DNA of 64,000 bases from Marsupella aquatica (taxonomy: Eukaryota; Plantae; Marchantiophyta), in the NCBI GenBank assembly GCA_973895155.1, contig OZ316893.1:14538645-14602644 (forward strand), in the 5' to 3' direction. Positions 58,558 to 64,000 of this stretch are shown here, piece by piece. The position numbers and the translations under genes were made by a program. Each line of letters opens with the position of its first letter. Position 1 is the stretch's first letter. The notes beneath the pieces are model-generated. The model was not told where the DNA came from. It did not search any database and saw only the letters and a list, made by a program, of their open reading frames with translations.

Positions 58558-59972
58558 TGTCTCCTCTTAACTCCTCTTCCTCCTCCTGCTCTAGCACGAA
58601 TTCTTCTCCACGATGACGACGACCACGTCCAGATCCTCCCTCTTGATTCCAACTTTTAACCAATACCTCGCTTGATCCGTTCTCTTCCCGTCCTTCCTTT
58701 CCCTTCCCTTCCCTTGGTCAGCAGCAGGACGCCATTCCGGCCCTCGTCTGCCTCGCCGGCTCCACCACCACTGGTCCTTCGCCGTCAAAGAGTCAGGGCA
58801 GGGCTGCGGTACACGTCCACAATGCGGTGCGAATGTGCGACCGAACAACGATTTGTACAGAAGTACGTTTGCATTCAACAGTACTCCGATGCTCCCGGAC
58901 GCCGAACTTCAATTCACTGCTAGCTTCCGGATGATTAGTGCTGCCTTACGTTAGAATCTCACTCGCTCCGGACAATACAGTTGTTTGTCTGCTGCATCAC
59001 TGCATGATCGGTCTCGGCACCTCATTACTACGAAATCAGCTGACGAAATTCTAAGAGGTGACCGTACACTCTTCCAGGCCAAAGAGCTCCTAATCTGACG
59101 ACGGGGCAGAGATTTACGGGAGAAAGCCGTCGCAGGATTGTCACGTTTTAAGTTAACATTAACAAACGCCATTTCTTCATTCATTCATTCATTCATCTGT
59201 GATAGCCCTTTTCAATCTCCTCCATAATTACCCCTGAAGAGTCGAACATTTTTCTCGATCCAATTGTTCGGTTGATACTCAGAGCAACGGAATCAGGGAT
59301 GAAGAAATCATCGTCTGCTGAGCAGGGAGGGGAGATGAGTACTCTGCAGTTGGCCGGGAAAATCCACAGCAGAGCAGACAACAGACGACTGACAGACAGG
59401 AGGAGAAGGCCGCATGAGGCGCAATGAGTTCCACGTCGGATCGCAGAACAGATTTAAAGCAGCGCATGGCAGCCACTCTTTTTCCGCCTCGAGATGAAGG
59501 TCACTGAACAACAAGAGTCAGACATTTGGGGCCCAGGAAACACCAATTATATGAAGAATGCGAAGCGCTATGAATCATTGCCTTGACAGGCAGAGATGGA
59601 AATCAGAAATCTCGTAGACAGTGTGGCACGGCACTGCGAAGGTGAGATTGGACTCAGCTGGAAAGGAAAGAAAGCTCGATTGCAGTGTAATGAGAACCGT
59701 TCACAACAAGATTGCGCATTGCAGCCGCTCGTTGCTCCATTGTTCAATTCGGAGCCTGTCTAAACCAGACTTCGGATGTTCCAACCAGATTGTCTGCTGA
59801 GCGCGACAGATTGGCGAGGTCATTCGTTCTGTCCATCATTTGGGGCATTATTATTTGTCGCGAGATCGACGACAGACTACAAATTGGATTGATCGAATGA
59901 GGAGCCATTGTGATCCGTCCGTCGTCTGCACTCGGGATTCGTAGTAACCCGATTGCTGAAAGACATTTACTA

Positions 59973-60090
59973 CAGTTCGATGGCAAACCATGTAATGTCT
60001 CCCTCCCCCCTTATTTTAGCGTAATTAGAATAGTTCGATGGCAAACCATGTAATGTCCCCCCTCCCATTTATTTTAGCGTAAATTAGAAT
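59973..60090. repeat. ~58-bp tandem duplication (a second, ~65-bp duplication follows at ~60172-60295)
   Basis: AGTTCGATGGCAAACCATGTAATGTC...TTTTAGCGTAA(A)TTAGAAT occurs twice. TTCCC(C/T)TTACAATATATAAGACAA...GAGCTCATAACTTTGACT occurs twice. Confidence 0.85.
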
Positions 60091-60312
60091 CTTTATGTAT
60101 AGGATTAAGGCCATAAGGTCCAGTTAAGATATATAATGTATGTGTAGGAAGGATAGGATTAAGGGCATACATTCCCCTTACAATATATAAGACAACTGTG
60201 TATCCGCCATATGAGCTCATAACTTTGACTGTAGAGTTCCCTTTACAATATATAAGACAAGTGTGTGTCCACCCTCGGAGCTCATAACTTTGACTCTCGA
60301 TATTTGATCATA

Positions 60313-60445
60313 CTAACCCCGACTACCTTCTTTGAACATGAATAGAGGGGAGTACAATAAAAATATCACCAAAATATATACATTAATCACATTCTTTGAA
60401 TGATAAAAATAACCATCATGCATGTCATCATTTTAATAATCATAC
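60313..60445 (-). mobile_element. Third copy of the Helitron-like 3' end, interrupted by the copia LTR
   Basis: CTAACCCCGACTACCTTCTTTGAACATGAATAG...GTACAATAAAAATAT...CATGTCATCATTTTAATAA aligns with the units at 46610 and 47025. Confidence 0.55.
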
Positions 60446-60615
60446 TGTTGGACCATGACAAGATGGAAAAAGATCTCGTGTATACTCCCAAGGAGAAGAA
60501 TAAGTACATGCGGCTTGAAGGCCGTTGCCCTGAGGCAGTTATCCTAACTGAGTTAGGTAGAACTCTAGTTAGGCAAGTAGAACTATGGTAAGTAGGTTTA
60601 ACCTGGGTTACAACA
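60446..60615 (-). repeat. 3' LTR (170 bp) of the copia element
   Basis: Bounded by TGTTG...CAACA inverted termini and directly adjacent to the PPT. Flanking 5-mer CATAC at 60441-60445 is the candidate TSD. Confidence 0.8.
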
Positions 60616-63600
60616 CTCCCCCTTGGGTATGACATTTTCCAGGGAAAAAGTTGTACCCATTCTAAACCTGCTTTGTTTCTACTGTATTCTTCTGCTTTCT
60701 CCTATTTTATTTTCTCATCATGATATAGTTAGGGAATAGGATGTGACCTCCCTAAAACCTCCCCATCAATGGGAGGAAAGAGTATCACCATCCATGTTCC
60801 AAAAACAGTTGTAGACTAATCAGAATCCTAAAAAGAATTATGTCCTGAATAAACAGGGGTACTAAGGGTGTGTATGCCGTAACATGTGTGTATAGAGACG
60901 GTATCGTGAGTAAAGTCGTGTCATTTTAGTGGTGAGTAGTCGTATGGAAACCGCATCGTAAGCCCTAAAGTTAGTCATGGTGGGCCGCATTCGCTCGAGG
61001 CTCGTGGAGATGGTGGGCCATACTTCGGATGGTCGTGAGATGGTGGGTCGCACAGCGTTTGGTCGAGCCCGTGAGCGCGGCTTTTTCGGACGTTGCGTGC
61101 ATGTTGCTACGTAGACTCTCCAGGTGATGTGCTCCCCCTGGAACGTGGGGTCGATGAATATCAGGGCTGCAACAAAACTTTTAGGCTGCGCATTCCAATG
61201 GAGAAGGTTAATTTCTGATGCATAGCAGGTGGTAGGGCCTTGGTGAGTAGATCAGCTGAGTTCTCTGCACTCGAAATCCATCGCACATCGATTTGGTGTC
61301 CATTTTGTTCATGTGCAAAGAAAAATTTCGGTGCAATGTGCTTTGTTTTGTCGCCTTTGATGAAACCTGCTGCTATCTGTTCGACACAAGGCCGATTGTC
61401 TTCAAAGATGACAGTAGGCGCAGTTAGTGTATTCGTTCCTGTGCATTCGGCAATATGGTTGATTACATTCCTTAACCAAATGCACTCACGACTCGCTTCA
61501 TACAGTGCTATGATTTCAGAATGGTTGGATGACGTCGTCGTTAATGTCTGCTTTGTGCTCTTCCAAGAGATTGCAGTGTTTCCTGTGAGAAAGATGTATC
61601 CCGTTTGTGATTTTGCGTTTGCAGGGTCTGACAAATATCCTGCATCGGCAAACCCGGTTAGTGTGATGCGAGATTGTCGGGGGTAAAAGAGACCCAGATC
61701 AGATGTACCGTGGAGGTATTTGAAGATCCGTTTGATTCCATTCCAATGCCGAATAGTCGGTTGTGAACTGTGCCTGGCGAGTAGATTGACTGCGAAGGCT
61801 ATGTCTGGGCGGGTTTGGTTGGCAACAAACATGAGCGCCCCTATGGCTGACAGGTAAGGTTTCTCTGAACCAAGAAGTGGTTCTATTTCCTCTCTTTTGC
61901 GAAAGATATCCTTTTCTTTGTCCAACGACCGTAGGTCCATTGGGGATCTTACTGCTTTGCTTGTCGACATGTGGAATTATTGGACCATTTTCTTGACGTA
62001 CGTGGTCTGGTGGAGTAGTATTCCACTCGGGAGATGCTCAAACTGTAGGCCAAGGCAAAAAGTAGTTTGCCCCATGTCTCGCATTTCGAAAACACGTTTG
62101 AGTATGTGTATCGTTTCTAGCATAATCTTAGCGGTTCCGAACAGATTAAGATCGTCAACATATATAGCGACGATTATGAGTTCACTGCCCTCGCGTTTGA
62201 TAAACACGCAGGGAGCTATCTCGCTGTTCTTGAAACCCATAGCTAGCATTTCATCCTTGAATTTGTAGTACCAGGTCCGGCCACTTTGCTTGAGGCCATA
62301 CAGAGAACGTAAAACTTGTACAGCAAATTTTGTCTTAGCAGGAAGTGCGCCCATGGCGGGGTGTGCAGATTGCTGAATGAATGCAATTGCTTTTGAAGTC
62401 TTCTGTAGTATGGCATGATCAGTATGCCTGAATGAGTAGTCGTTGTTCTGGCTGACGTTTTCTGTGTTATTCTCCCCCTGACTATGATAATGTACTCTAG
62501 ATATCAATTCTGGTGGGGCTTCCATGTGTATCATTTTATCTAACGTGCCGTAGAGATAAGCTGTGACTATATCCATTTGATGCATGGATAATTGATGGTG
62601 GAGTGCGAACGCAGTTAAATACCGGTACGTAATGACGTCCATGACTGGAGAATAGGTGAGGTCATAGTCTTTGCCGGGAATTTGTGTAAATCCCCTGGCC
62701 ACTAATCGGGCCTTGTATCTCACGATTATCCCTTTGGAATCTCGTTTCTTTACGAACACCCACTTATATCCCGTAAGGTGTGTCTGTGGAGGGGCCCGAG
62801 TGATTGGTCCGAAGACTTGTCGGGAGATCAGTGAGTCTAGCTCAGATTTGATGGCTCTCTCCCAATGTTCCCAATCTTCTTGTTTCTGGGCTTCTGCAAT
62901 CGTTCTGGGATCGGGTAAGTCCGCTATGATGTCTTTTGAGATTTGGAAAGCGAATCTATCGTCCATCTTTAAAGTAGATCGATCCCAGATGTGTCCAGTT
63001 TTATTATAATGTATGGAGATTTCCTCTCCTTGTTCTAATGATGGTGGCTGGAGTATGGCATTATTGACTGCAGGAATGGTGGGTTTTCTTTGGCGCGGGC
63101 GTTTGTCAGTGGAACCGAGTGGCCTGCCTCGTTTCTGCCTTGGGACTACCTCGGCTGATGGCTGTCCATCGGTCTCAATTCTCGAAGGGGTATTGGCGGC
63201 TGGTACGTGCGATCGGGTGACCTGGGCTACATCCGCGAAGGAATCCGGGAGGTCTCCAAGTACCTTGGTAAGGTGGAGGATCCTTTGTACCTTGCGATCC
63301 GCTAGTGGGGTCCGAGGGTCATTCCAAAATTTGGAGTCAATCTGCCATTTTAATTGTTGGTTGTTCGTATTCTCGAGGTTTTGTGTGGTTCCCAGTTTAG
63401 GGAATACCGACTCATAGAAATGGCAATCTGCCATTCGTGCCTTATAAAGATCTGTCGTGGTCGGGTCGAGATATCGTATGATGGACGGTGAGTCCAAACC
63501 AACATAAACGCCTTTCTGGCGTTGTGGACCAAGTTTGGTTCGTTTGGGACCCATGATCGGAACGAGGACTTCGCAACCAAAGGTGCGAAAGTGTGATAAG

Positions 63601-64000
63601 TTGGGATTGGATCCGAAGGCTAAACTATGAGGAGATGCATCGTTAAATGCGGAGGGGCGATAATGTAGTAGAGTTGCTGTGTGAAGGACTGCGTGTCCCC
63701 AGGCTGTTTGTGGAAGGTTGGTCTGCATGAGGAGTGGCCTCGCTACGGTTTGTATACGCTTAATCAATGATTCGGCCATCCCGTTTTGAAAGTGAACGTA
63801 GGGGACTGGGTACTCTAAGTCAATTCCAGCAGTCATGCAAAAATCTTCGAATGTTTTTGACGTAAATTCACCAGCGTTATCTACTCGAAGAGTTCTAATG
63901 GGATGCTCCGGGAACTGTGTCTTAAGTTTAAGTATATGGGCAAGGAGTCTGGAGAATACTAAATTTCGGGTGGAAAGGAGTGAAATTTGAGACCATTTCG
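60446..64000 (-). mobile_element. Ty1/copia LTR retrotransposon, Bianca-like lineage (integrase-RT-RNase H, PPT, 3' LTR); 5' part outside the window
   Basis: Integrase RVDNAGEF / HFQNGMAES / GVYVG. RT YKARLVARGFTQIPG, SLYGLKQSGR, IYVDDL. RNase H GFADAGY, FEDN, KHIAPKFFFAH, ADLLTKAL. An in-frame TAA at 61977-61979 splits pol. PPT AAGGGGGAG at 60616-60624. Confidence 0.93.

Noticed and set aside
61971-61979. Programmed stop-codon read-through in copia pol
   Set aside because: The stop falls inside the RT C-terminal region, not at a gag/pol or env boundary. A simple nonsense mutation is more likely.

Overview
Eukaryotic nuclear DNA from a land plant, probably a bryophyte-grade or other non-seed plant (inferred from gene and transposon content; the species cannot be determined). 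Seven intron-containing or single-exon host genes can be reconstructed. (1) A 10-exon gene at 1662-6914 encodes two malic-enzyme modules in one ~1015-aa reading frame, and one of its introns is a U12-type AT-AC intron. (2,3) A divergent pair of DOG1-domain genes without bZIP lies at 9598-12228 (-) and 28321-30557 (+). (4) An intronless class II (RNS2-like) RNase T2. (5) SNU114/EFTUD2 (CLO/GFA1). (6) A UPF0664/WBP2-like PH-GRAM gene. (7) A CMP-sialic-acid-transporter-like nucleotide-sugar transporter with two paralogous alternative first coding exons. Mobile DNA includes two copies of a CRE-clade-like RLE non-LTR retrotransposon whose RT motif reads LSDD, a non-autonomous CACTA element, Helitron-like 3' ends, a foldback element, and a Bianca-like Ty1/copia element running off the right edge. 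There is also a ~40-bp minisatellite and many short tandem duplications, two of which copy splice sites. The most notable candidates are the tandem 'double' malic enzyme and the dual first-exon transporter. All gene models are manual reconstructions without transcript data.
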